DNA of 63,244 nt, the filler included, from Choristocarpus tenellus KU-1152 (lineage: Eukaryota > Protista > Phaeophyceae), in assembly GCA_964200185.2 (NCBI GenBank). It is 13 parts of 13 records of this genome, joined end to end, with 100 filler letters (N's around TTAATTAATTAA, not from the genome) between each part and the next. Parts side by side here need not be neighbours in the genome. Positions count along the whole stretch, not along the records: positions 1 to 5,824 come from CAXNAD020009668.1; positions 5,925 to 13,257 come from CAXNAD020006319.1; 11 more parts are not named here. One strand, 5' to 3'. The position numbers and the translations under genes are program-made. Below the pieces are notes generated by a model. That model was not told the origin of the DNA. It worked only from the letters and a program-made list of their open reading frames with translations, and did no database searches. Below are positions 1 to 11,235 of this stretch, one piece after another. Positions within the stretch are counted from its first letter, which is position 1. Each line of letters begins with the position of its first letter.

Positions 1-52
1 GGATTTTGGCCCCCAAATGGATGAGGCCCTGCCCTCTAAGATACTTTGGCTC
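1..52 (+). mobile_element. MITE family A right end (truncated); other partial copies at about 40195-40254 and 59870-59971
   Basis: CCCCAAATGG...GCCCTCTAAGATACTTTGGCTC matches the family A terminus. Confidence 0.8.
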
Positions 53-184
53 TCAAGCACCTTGCAAGGCGTGATTCTCCTGTCACCACACTGCCCGTTG
101 TTGAGCAACTATACATTCCACTACAGGGCAGGAGAAACAATAGCAAAGGAGTTAAAAGCAGGAAAAGAGGGGGAAAAAATCTAC

Positions 185-486
185 CTCGCCCTCTATCTGT
201 GCACCAAGTTCCTTCACCACATCAACCTGACACCTCAGCTGCCCGCGCAGCTCTGGAGTGTCTCGGGTGCTCCCCAACTGCTGCACCATTCGATGCAGCA
301 TTGTAACGTTTTGCTGTGAAGAATTGTCAGTGCAAAAACCATAGACCATCAAAATGTGAGGGTGGAGGGGGGGAAGGAGAGGGGAAGAGGGGGGGGGGGG
401 GGGGGGGGAAAAAACAAAGAAAAAAAAAAAAAAAAANNNNNNNNNNAAAAAAGAGAAAGGAAGGAAGAAGAGGGGGGGGGGGGGGG

Positions 487-522
<36 letters not shown>

Positions 523-1957
523 GCACAAGTCATGAGCTACAGAACAAAAAATGGTAAGGCACGCCCAACATGTAGCACCAGTGCAAGACAAAGCAGAGTT
601 TTGATAGGGGTGGGAGCAGGTCAGGTCAGAGGGATTTGTAATCCAAGCTCAGTAGGGAAAAGATCTAGACGCATCTGAGAGCAAGAGATAAACGAAAAAA
701 AAGTGTTTATTGCCCCCTTCAAGAGAGACTCTCACAGTGGTTGATCTAGTGCTCGAAATTACTTAGTAAGGAGAAGTGCACAGCGTGGCTAGGTGTGTAA
801 GGAACAGGGGACAGTGAACTTTCAAATTCACACTGAACACTCATCCGGCTGAGGCAAGGAGTAGTCAAGGTTAAACCTCTTTGGCTGTGGGACTCAACAG
901 CAAACGCCAAGAAAGATCACCATTGATTGCTCCTGGAGAAACTGTCAAACAAGTGAAGAAATCTGGTGAAAGCAATCTGTCTCTTCGAGGATAGGAAAGG
1001 TCTGTGAGCAACCTGCTGTCGGTTTGGTACCCTCCTTACTGAAGCAGGGTCGGTAAGGAAGACGCAACTGGTTCCTTGGAGACACCAACAGCAGGAACAA
1101 CACCAGGTAGAAGAGCGGGTGCGTACACTTTGCGCTTGTCAGCATGGCTGATGAAGTACTGTCCAAAATATAAAGTGGTATCAATGACAGGCCTCACCGC
1201 GTAGATAATCTGTTCTCCCCCAATTTCCAATTCGACTACAGTATACTAAATTTTTGGTGAGACCTTCACGATGTGACACCATACCATGAATCAATGCTCC
1301 TATAAGTGGTCGAATACCCATTGCTCCGGCCGTAGTGTGGTGTAATGTACAAAACGTGGGTATCAATACAATTGAGCACACATTGGTGACAGTGCAATGC
1401 GTGTATGTTTGACCGAGGGCAACAGATAGACTCATATATGTTCCAACGAGGCTTTCGATGCATGGACAGATTGATAATTGGAGTTAAAACGACAGTAAAT
1501 CATGGCACATAAACAACAGGCGCGTCAAAGGAGCACGCTGTTCTGCACATATCGGAAAGTTCTACCCAATTTCAGTTTTCAGTCTTCTTCTTAAAGCAAA
1601 AGACGGCGAGATATTTCGTTGTTTTTAAGCCAACCTATGTCCTGACATTTCCGCCTTGCCTCATCACTGTAGACTCACCGAGAACATAACCAAGTAGTCG
1701 CTGACCTTGCTACTACCTCCTCCGGGTGAAGACCTCCGAGAACCTTGTCCCTGCCCATTCGACAATGAGCCCTTTCCAACCCCCCCTGTCCTATTTCCCA
1801 TTCCTCCCATCGTTCCACCATGCATTCCATTTACTCCCACTCCCCCTGTTCGGACGGGTCCATCTCGAATTGCCCCAAACCCCCCAGTTGTCCCAAAGGT
1901 GGATGTAGTTCTAGTCCGTCCTCTAACGCTTCCAGAACCCACATCCCGAAAGGACAT
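185..1957 (-). CDS. Endosomal/vacuolar Qa-SNARE syntaxin (SYP2/STX7/STX12/Pep12 family), 5' part: exons 1957-1679 and 313-185; continues past the window start
   Basis: ATG at 1957 begins MSFRDV (plant SYP2 proteins begin MSFQDL). Donor CG|GTGAGT at 1678 and acceptor CAG at 314-316 join in phase 0 to give ...SKVSDYLVMFS|QNVTMLHRMVQQLGSTRDTPELRGQLRCQVDVVKELGAQIEGE, containing the Habc-domain motif LGT.xDTPELR. Next donor GTAGAT at 184. Confidence 0.85.
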
Positions 1958-2340
1958 TTTTGGCGATAGGTTACTTGTTCCAGCCTGTGTTTCTTAGGAT
2001 GCACTCTCTTCCTCACGTGTTTGCCTTCCAGACCAGGCGTAGTAAACGTTTCGAGTTTTCTTGCACGGACGGGTAAACACTCAGACCACGAACAGGCGAC
2101 GTAGAATGGGGATAACACCCCAGTTCCCAGATCTCAAATTTCAAGTTGCAACGGTCAATTGCGAGGTGGGTAGGCGAAGACGGTAGGCAGGTGGTGGGGC
2201 GAGATAATAAAGAGACAGGAGAATTGGGGTGATCCAATTCAGTAAGGAATGAGAGGAATTGATGACAAAACAAATTTGTACCCTCTTGTGTCGTAACAAT
2301 CACTCACTCATCATAATTGAAACTAGAGAAAAACAAAGAA

Positions 2341-2410
2341 GTATACTATTTTATTATTATGCCCTCTGACATTTTGCAGATGTTGTCAGGGGAAAACCAA
2401 TGAAAACTAT
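2341..2410. repeat. Dispersed ~65-bp hairpin-containing repeat; inverted copy at 5151-5220, partial copies near 27055-27098 and 44640-44690
   Basis: TATTTTATTATTATGCC(C/T)CTGACATTTTGCA(G/A)ATG(T)TGTCAGGGGAAAA(C/G)CAATGAAAAC. Confidence 0.8.
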
Positions 2411-4839
2411 ATANNNNNNNNNNATACTGTAAGACAATGCGTGGAAACCACTAATCAGTTACTTCACCACTATCAAATATTGTACTATTGTATGTATTAC
2501 TACCAATTGTATTTGTTTATTTTTGAGTGACTACTTTCAGACCTATCTGAGTAAGATTTCAACACCTGACTGTTGAGGATTGGAAATGAAATGCGAAATG
2601 GTGAACTCCTTGTTGTGACCTAATAAAGCCAGTTCATTATTGCTGTCGCGCCTGTTATCGCGCTACATCGAGTCGCGCGATATGTTCACTTTCATGTAGC
2701 AATCCTATCAACACACATCGTTTGTAGGTACTCGTCTTTGTTTGTACCCGATGCTACACACAAGGCAGACCAGTATCCCTTGGGGATAGTTGACTTAGTC
2801 CACACTCCGTACCCTCGGCAACTGGTGTTGGTTGGCAGTTTGGCACTGGTTTCCCCCTCTGTTCACCCTTGTTGATTCCAATGCGACGAGGTCTAACACA
2901 ACGACCCAGAAATTAAATGTATAGGCAGTCTTACCAACGAAAACTACTTCTCAATCTACTTCCGGCCACTCAGATAGATGACGTATGGGTATGGTTCGAG
3001 ATCTGTGTTGGTGCACGGGGATAAGGATCTCCCTTAATCGGACCTTCAAACCCGTGGAAGATGATGATTGGAGCTGTGGGATCCAAGCGACTGAGGCAGA
3101 ACTTTGACCTGCGCTCCACTTGTGCTGCTGTGTTTATATCTTTTCCTTACACTATGGCAAAGAATTTATTTCTCTCATTCTGGGGTGTCCTTCGAAATAG
3201 CATCCTCTTGTGTACTTGGTCCCTTCACCTCTTGTGGCATTCATTTCTCTATGATTTATTAACAGATGTACACCCTCCTCAAGAATTCCACGCACTCAGA
3301 TGGTCATGTTGCGACAGTGCTGTCAAGCGATGATTGTGTTACGTATACTCTTATGTCTCACTTGCAACAACATACTGGGCTTCTGCCGACTTTCTATGGT
3401 CAGGGTGGGATACTGCAGGGCACATTGCTGTGAGTTGGTAATCCTGGAGGGTTGTACCAGGGGTGAAAGAGGACTGTGTTCTAGTAGCCTCAGAAGGAAG
3501 GAACTGCAACGGGGGCTCTGCTAGGGGGAAACGAGGAGGAGAACACCAGCCACTAAGCAGTCACGGTGCTGGAGGAGCACCAAAGGGAAAGGCACAGTGA
3601 CGATTGAGCTAAGCATAAATTTATAGTTGTTGGATCTGTGCTAAAAATCGATCTTCAAAGTGGTCAAGAGGGAATTCGAAACTAATCACACAGGTTAAGA
3701 TGATACCAGACAGCACCAAACCAATTGAGAGGTAGATGGCGTTTCATTTTAAGAGTCCCGAGAAAGGGCAAAAAAACGTCATTTTGTATGATAGGTGAAA
3801 GAACCTTTGCTTCGTTGCGGTGTCACTTTTTGTGTCGAAAGGGGGAATATCAATATGCGTACACTATTGTGCACATATAGCAATGAAATAGAGTGTGTTG
3901 CAAAGGGAAAGAAAGGTTACTTAGAATACAAAGGGGTTCGGTTCAGACCTGCCTACCTCTCAATCGGTTTTGGTCACAAATAAATCATATCAAAACAAGT
4001 CAAATTCTGGTTAAACCATCTCAATAACGCTTAATATAAAAAATGGTTGGACTACAAATAGAAGCAAAAGGGGGGATGACCTGCGATAGGTACAGGTATC
4101 CACCGCTTCATATCTAGTGATAGCTACTATTATCTGAAATGCAAAACAAACATGGAATTGGGTAGCCCACAAAGATGTAGGTTCTTCTCCGTGGGGTGAC
4201 AGAATCAGATACAAACACAAACCCATACCAACGTAAAATCAGCCATAGAAAATAGTTGGGTATATAACCACCGTTTATCATGGAGGTGAGAGGGAGGTTG
4301 AGGTTTTAGGGTCCGTACTGTGGTTTTGAATCAAATAACATTGATGGTGAATTGTGCATTGACCCATGAACTTACCCTCTTTGTGTAGAATTATATCTGT
4401 ATTTTATACACTATTTTTCTACAAACCGTGTAGACAGCAATCTTTCCCCTTCATCCATCTACCCGTCCAAATGCAAAACATAATCAGAAATGAGTAGCCC
4501 ACGGATGTCACTCATGTTTTCTCATGTTACTAGTACCAGCTCTCGCTTGTTGAGTTTGTCATGTTTCTAAATTTTCTTTAAGAAAAACAGTATTGTGGAC
4601 ATTATACTCAGCACTAAGTTTTATGCTCAACAAGAAAAAATAGAAGTAACATCTATGTCTAGTTACAGCTCACCAGTTCAAGATATAAGTAAATATGCTA
4701 TGCTGAGAACACTTTGAAAAAGTCAATTTCAAAAATTAATTGAACATGGTAGTATTGAACATACATCAATACATGAGCCCACCCATCATACCTACATAAT
4801 AGTATACGCGGTGTAAGGTTTACGTCATGTCTACGAATA

Positions 4840-4990
4840 GGGAGAGGGGCAGGAAGGTACAGCAGGAAAGGGGCTGTCAAATCCCATCCACGACAGATAG
4901 CGTCTGTCATAACACAGGTAGCTCTATCTAGATGTGTCATGCGTTTTAAGCTGGAGACACCGGGGAGATGGGCAAGGAGGGGCTTGTTAG
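4840..4990 (+). mobile_element. 3' end of an LTR retrotransposon (family Y: internal end, polypurine tract, LTR start TGTTA); second copy at 25366-25520 (-)
   Basis: About 150 bp shared in opposite orientation, ending GGAGATGGGCAAGGAGGGG(C/A)T-TGTTA. Confidence 0.65.
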
Positions 4991-5543
4991 ATTATTGAGA
5001 TGCTTCCCCAGCTCCTCACCCTGGGGTGCAGGACTAAGCTAGGCTGGAAGAGGTGTAGCATAGCTGGTAGTAAAATAGTAAATAGATGATAGAAAATTGC
5101 CTTTCACATTTATGACAACTGGTGCTTTTTTAGAGGTTCTGTCATTTGGATGGTTTTCATTGCTTTTCCCCTGACACATTTGCAAAATGTCAGGGGGCAT
5201 AATAATAAAATAATGTAGACTTTCACAAGGGAGAGCAGAAGGTTTTCTTCATGCACACGTAGTTCTTGGCATCAATAAACCGAAAAAGAATGAAAAGCAA
5301 AGGGGTTTGTACGCCTTGCGAGGCGTTTAAAAGTATCATACGTGAGATTTTTCCATATGTGAAGCAACTTTCATATGTCATACGTGCTTCCATACGTATT
5401 TGAAATCTTATGTATTGAATCAACTGATACAAGAAAAATGAAATTTTCAATACAGTAGGTACACCGATTTTGTTCATGCCCGAAAAACGCGGTATAGAAT
5501 TGATGTGGTACAATATCGTTTTTGTACCACTTGGTACGAAAAC

Positions 5544-5815
5544 GGGAAATCAATCGTCGAATCGACTAACAATCGTGGCATTCGTGGGAAATCAATCGTG
5601 GAATCGAGTAATTAATCATGGTTAGCTGGGAAATCAATCGTCGAAGCGACTGATTAATCGTGGCATTCCTGGGAAATCAATCATGGAATTGAGCAATTAA
5701 TCATGGATGGTGAGCTGGGAAATCAATCATCGAAGCGACTGATTAATTGTGGCGAGCTGGAAAATCAATCATGGAATCGAGTGATTAATCGTGGTGAGAT
5801 GGGAAATGAATCATA
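5544..5815. repeat. 42-bp tandem array, about 6.5 copies, alternating A/B units, runs to the contig end
   Basis: Units start GGGAAATCAATC at 5544, 5586, 5628, 5671, 5717, 5759, 5801. Confidence 0.92.
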
Positions 5816-5824
5816 AGCTTCATG

Positions 5825-5924
5825 NNNNNNNNNNNNNNNNNNNNNNNNNNNNNNNNNNNNNNNNNNNNTTAATTAATTAANNNNNNNNNNNNNNNNNNNN
5901 NNNNNNNNNNNNNNNNNNNNNNNN
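5825..5924. other. Artificial contig linker N44-TTAATTAATTAA-N44 (stops in all six frames); also at 13258, 21635, 25058, 28669, 38109, 44258, 47023, 50229, 52899, 56272, 59770
   Basis: Twelve identical 100-bp blocks; genes and transposons are cut at them and do not resume. Confidence 0.98.
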
Positions 5925-6660
5925 CAGGAAGACCGGTCGCGGGTCGTAGAGCATCACGTAGAACCATTCACAAAAAAAAAAATAGTAGACATTGCTACGT
6001 TTTCGACTGTCAAACAAAACCCAGTCAGTAATATATCTATCTATGCACATAGATAGATATTGAGCAGAACAAGAGTGTACAATAACAGTAGTAGAAAGGG
6101 AGAACTGCTCTCAAGAAGAGCAAAGTATTTTATCGTTTATTTTATTTTATTTTATAAAAATAAAAGAATTAAAAAGATTTTTTTTTTTTTAAATGTCTTC
6201 ACGCAGAATACTGTTGCGAACAGTCCAACAGTTGCGCCGGAAAAGAGGATTGTTATTTTCGTAGAGAATTGAGGCGTTTTGAGAACGGGAAAAGGACCAC
6301 CGCCTTCCGTATTTTTGCACGCAGAGTCTTAGACGCACGAGGATGCGGAACTGCCAATCAAATCAATCTGGCACTGTTTTCACGCCCTCAAATCAGATGG
6401 CTTTTTCTCACGGATTGGATTAAAAAATAATTGGATCGGGTCTGTTTGAATTAGATCAGTTCGGAAAAGGAGACCTGTCTGGCCTGTGGACTGGACAATT
6501 AATGCACCACATACGTACTGGGGATGGTCTAGACATGTCAGAATAAGTTTGATCAGCCAGTGGACATAGTGGTCCAGACATTTTAGACAATGTTAGAACT
6601 GGTGTAGCCGGTGAACATGGGTCGGTACAATACCTGGTGGACGTGGACCACGCATGTTAG

Positions 6661-6935
6661 ACAATGTTAGAACCGGTACAATGTTAGAACTGGTACAATT
6701 ATAGAACCAGTACAATGTTAGAACCAGTACCAGGTAAGAACCAGTACAATGTTAGAACCAGCACAATGCTAGAACCGATACAATATTAGATCCAGTACAG
6801 TGTTAGAACCGATACAATGTTAGAACTGGTACAATGTTAGAACTGGTACAATTTTAGAACCGGTACAATTATAGAACCGGTACAATATTAGAACCAGTAC
6901 AATGTTAGAACCAATAGAATGTTAGAACCGGTACA
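6661..6935. repeat. 17-bp minisatellite (ACAATGTTAGAACCRGT), about 16 copies
   Basis: Direct reading; one isolated unit near 6588. Confidence 0.95.
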
Positions 6936-7136
6936 GTCGGTCGGTGGGCATGGACTGGTATGTGTCAGAAAATTGTGGGATCAAATCGACCAACAGACTG
7001 GACCATTTTCATTTGCCATTCCAGTGAAAAAAAAACATAATTTTTTTACCACAAAAAAGCAGTATGTGTTTAGGGTGTATTTTCAATTGAAAAGATGAGT
7101 CACGCCTGATCGGGAACCGGAAAAAGAATAACGCAA

Positions 7137-7313
7137 CAATAATAATAATCATAATAATAATAACAATAGTAATAATAATAATAATCATAATAATAATAAC
7201 AATAGTAATAATAATAATAACAATCATAATAATAATAATAGTAATCATAATAATAACAATAACAATAACAATAATAGTAATCATAACAATAATAATAACA
7301 ATAACAATAATAA
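7137..7313. repeat. Imperfect (AAT)n microsatellite
   Basis: AAT/AAC/CAT/AGT triplets over about 175 bp. Confidence 0.95.
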
Positions 7314-7380
7314 TACTTGGAGTAATGTAGAAAATGCCTTCCTCCCCACGCTAAGGATACAACACGTACGAAAGGTGTAG

Positions 7381-7408
7381 CCCTAACCCTAACCCTAACC
7401 CTAACCCC
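7381..7408. repeat. Interstitial telomere-type repeat (CCCTAA)4; shorter tracts near 8322, 10566, 12137, 12809, 31245, 36095, 43467, 47315
   Basis: CCCTAACCCTAACCCTAACCCTAACCC read directly. Confidence 0.9.
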
Positions 7409-7565
7409 AACAAAGTGAAATAAAAAATGTAGTTTCATGCGAGAAAGAGTGACTGCAGAAACAGATTTAACTAAATTTCACATGCATCATACAAATACAA
7501 ATAGAGATATGCATATATGATGTGATTGTGTTGCATAGCAGTTAAAGGGGGTACAAACGAAAGAC

Positions 7566-7964
7566 CTGCAGCAGCTTGGGCTTGAGCAAAGTCTCCAATC
7601 TCTCCTGCAAACCCTCTAGAGTTCGAGCACGATCCTCCGCCTCAGGCATGTATTTTAGGACATCCATACTCTTTCGCATGGACTCCAACTGACCCGCCAC
7701 GCCTGCCAAGTCATCCTGCGAAAACCTGAGACGTTACAAGCATTGTCCAACAAGAAACAAAAAAAAAAAGGTTTTGAAAAAGAAAAAAGTGAAAAGACGA
7801 ACACACAGGGTGTCTTGATGAAGGAAGAGGTGGAAGGTAGACCCACTGGAGGGGGCAAGACGCTGCCGGAGAGGCAACACCCTCAAATCCTCCTTAGCGA
7901 GAAGACTTTGTTCCTGACAAGTTAAAAATATGTCTGAGGTGCACACACACACACACATATACAC

Positions 7965-7999
<35 letters not shown>

Positions 8000-10369
8000 T
8001 ATATTTGTATACCTCGTGTAAGAAAGGCATCAGAAAAGGTACACCTTGTAGTGAAACTGGGAATCACAAAAACGATTAGAGCAACATGTACGCTCCTCTA
8101 TACGAAAAAAAGGTACAGTATAATAACAAAAAACGGTAAGAAACTCACAACAAAAATATAGAGATACATATATATGTATATATATGTATCAGGATAATTA
8201 ATACCAACGACTTACAATCCGCACCATTTGGAAAAAAAGAAAAAAAAAATCGTATCTATTCCGCATCCAACAATGTGGAGTTTTAGAGAGATACACCGAT
8301 CAGAAACGGCTGTAGAAAAATTTTAGGGTTAGGGTCATTGACAAGCGCCAGGGGATGTGGGAATGGAAAGGAATCTCAGTTTACATTTTTTTTTTTTAAT
8401 TGAGAAAAGCCCTTCTATGAACAGCAGTGCCTGTCTTGTTTTTACGCTTTTAGGAAGGCGGTTCGCTTTACCACAGAATGAGTTTTCCTCTTCACCGATA
8501 GCGAATACTGCAGAGTGCTAGTTGTACACTGTTGTCTGCTCAGACTCCGTAAATACTCGAAAGGTAGAGAGCTCTGTGCCCCCTCTCCCGGGCATTGTAT
8601 TGCATGCAAAAAAGTATCAACTCACATGATATGATAGTGCACTGGGCAATAGGGACATCTCAACTAGTACCAGCAAAGGATCGATCCATATACTGTAGGA
8701 CATCATCTTCTTCTTTTTTTTACCTGCAGCGCCTAAAAAGGTATTTGACATGACACCAACCAACTCCCACGAAACAAAGATATTTGTACTCACAATGTCA
8801 AGGGGCTTGTGCTACATGTTAGGTGTACAACCAGAAAAAAATGCTGCAAAGAATATGCTGCTTGATTGGCAAAAATCTCAGCTGAAGTGACGTATACTTA
8901 CCCTCTAGATACAGTACATGTCAGTCAATCGTACATCACATCTCACTTGGTATTGGCATCCCTCACTAGCGCATTCCACGAAGCAGCCTCAGTGAGCGTG
9001 GAGAGACACTCTTCCATATTACTCTTCACCAAGTCCAGACAGGCAAGCGTTTCCACATGGGTGTTGGTGCCGTGATCTATCTCCTCCAACTGCAGTTTTT
9101 TTTAGGTTGTTGCAATCAGAAAGGGAGAGGTAGAGAGTTTAGGCACAAAATGAACATGTATACAAAGGAGGAGGAAGATAGGGTACGGTGAGCTCAGCTG
9201 GGGGGGGGGAGGGGGGCTTACAATCAGCAGAGGCACAATACATTGCAAATGGCGCTAATGAGGTGTTAGGTGTTTTTTGAAAGTATGCCGAAGTTGGGTG
9301 GTATTAGGACCTCCGAGCCTGTGCCAAATTGGTTTACAGCTCTCCTTTAAGGAAAAGGGCTCACAGAATCAGCACCAACAAAATTCTCAGAGATAAGTAT
9401 TGCTAAGCCTTAAATGGATCTATCAGGCAGGACAGCGAAGCTCCGTGTGCTATTGATGACATACAAGAAAAATGACCAAAAGATTCATACATTTCATGAA
9501 AATCAAATGCCAACACGCCCCAACTACAAGGACAGTCCCCCGCCCAGACGCAAACCTGATCGGCTAAATTCTCCAGCTCTTTGTGCAATCGGGTGATAGA
9601 GGTTTCTACGTGCTCCACCTCTGTGACCACCCGTGGCACCGCGACCATGATCTCGACCATATTCTTCTCCAGGTCCCCATTGACGCCTGTGGACAAGGAC
9701 TGCAGTTTTGTCGCCACGTTTGAGATGTGACTGTCCAAGCTGGCGACAAAAGCAGGTGACGAATTTCTGGTGAAGCGGGGATGATACAAAAACGTCTATG
9801 GATGCGTATGGGGGGTGCATACTAACAGGGAGGTGTTTCGGTAGATCGGACCATACTCGACGTAGAATTATCTCCTTGCATGCTTCGAGGTGTGGGCATT
9901 GAAACAGTTTGTCGGAAATCGTGACTCTTCAGCTACTGTCTACGCAAAAGATACGACGTTTCCCAGAGTGGGAAGCTAAATAAGCAGTGCAGGGTACTGA
10001 AGGGCAAGGTATAGGTGCTCCAAAAAAGGCAAACTTGCAATTCCAGTAGCACATCTCCGCACCATGAATCTGGGTGCACGCTTTGCATTACAACCATACA
10101 CAGCATTCACTGGGACCTTCAACAACCTACCGTAAACCCCGTATCAATGCAAAGCGACCTTCCGCAAGTGGGATTTTGTAAATATACAGAAGGTGCCAGT
10201 AAAAAACGTACCCATAGGCTCCAGAGACTCCAGCGGTCAGTACCGCTTTACTTTCATCTGTCAAGGAACCTCCACTTTGTTCCGATGTCTCGTCATAGCT
10301 AGCTATGGCGGTGTTCACCCATGCCTTGACGTCGAAGTCGTCTTGTGCGAACGATGTGTAGTCGACCAT
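7566..10369 (-). CDS. COG7: Conserved oligomeric Golgi complex subunit 7, 5' part: exons 10369-10212, 9766-9556, 9089-8947, 7725-7566; rest not on this contig
   Basis: Four phase-compatible GT-AG exons give MVDYTSFAQDDFDVKAWVN...LDSHISNVATKLQSLSTGVNGDLEKNM...VPRVVTEVE...LDLVKSNMEECLSTLTEAASWNALV...FSQDDLAGVAGQLESMRKSMDVL...RARTLEGLQERLETLLKPKLLQ. This is colinear with the COG7 N-terminus (F.xDDFDVKxWIN; KLQ; PRVLRDVE; VKSRM; LE.LK.RLE). Confidence 0.88.
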
Positions 10370-10683
10370 CACACATATAGTTTTCTCAACCAAGATGAGA
10401 TTCTCGTTTCCTGCTTAGCTGCAACCAATTACTTTCTCTCGCACCTCTGCCACGTTAGTAACCTGTGCCAATCTCAGTACAGCAAACACGGTCTGAGATG
10501 GCAATTAGAAGATGGGTAGAGAGGGGATGAGGGTTGTTCTATGTGCAAACTTTATTTACTGCCCGCCCTAACCCTAACCTCTTCTTCATTATTTAAGACA
10601 ATTAATTCATGATTTGTGTATCATTGTGAGGTCCAGTCCAAACAAAGTTGCACTTGACTTTGTATCAACTACCAACCTCTCGA

Positions 10684-11235
10684 ATGCCGCGACCTCGAGC
10701 TAACTGCCTGCTAGCGATAGCCACAGCTGCAGGTGTGATATCCTTTGCAGATGGTTTCATGCTAAGCCCTCACGCCAGGTTTAGTCTCAGCACTCCGCAT
10801 GCTCAATGTGCTGTCACTCCTCCCACATCCAGCCACTCCAAGCATGGTCCATTGTATCTCGGTATGAGCGCTGGAGGTGATGATCCGCAGGAAGTTACAG
10901 GGAATGATGAGGAGGAGGCTTGGGTGGTAACGAGGCGGCCAGGAAGATTGTCACCACATCTCTCCGAGCGCTGGAGGAGACTACAACGATCGTTCTTGCA
11001 CGGGGCTATATCCTTGGCAGCCTTTACGTTCGGAGCTACGGCCTTGTCTGAAGGGCTACGTAAGGGAGCTGGGGTAGAGTTACCCTGGACAATTCAGCCT
11101 GCGGAAGCATCTCTGTTTAAAAAGTTTTCAAAGAGAACGATCCAGGAAAAGTTGGCTAACATACCAGTATTCATGGTTGTGAACAAGGGCGGCTCGCCAT
11201 ACCTGACGCCTGCCGGAGAAGGATCAAGCTTACAG
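10684..11235 (+). CDS. TIC22: Plastid Tic22-family protein, exon 1 (presequence plus start of the Tic22 domain); later exons not identified
   Basis: ATG at 10684. Hydrophobic signal peptide ending ADG|F (ASAFAP-like), then a Ser/Thr/His-rich transit peptide, then IQEKLANIPVFMVVNKGGSPYL, which matches the Tic22 N-terminal motif (KL..VPVF.V.N..G.P.L). Donor CAG|GTATGT at 11236. Confidence 0.8.

Noticed and set aside
316-678. Poly-Gly/Pro/Lys ORFs
   Set aside because: Homopolymer G/A runs around a 10-N gap inside the syntaxin intron.
5544-6935. 42-bp and 17-bp arrays as CRISPR
   Set aside because: Head-to-tail units without unique spacers, no cas genes, eukaryotic context.
7009-7438. Ile-rich and Tyr-rich ORFs
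   Set aside because: Translations of the (AAT)n microsatellite and the CCCTAA tract.
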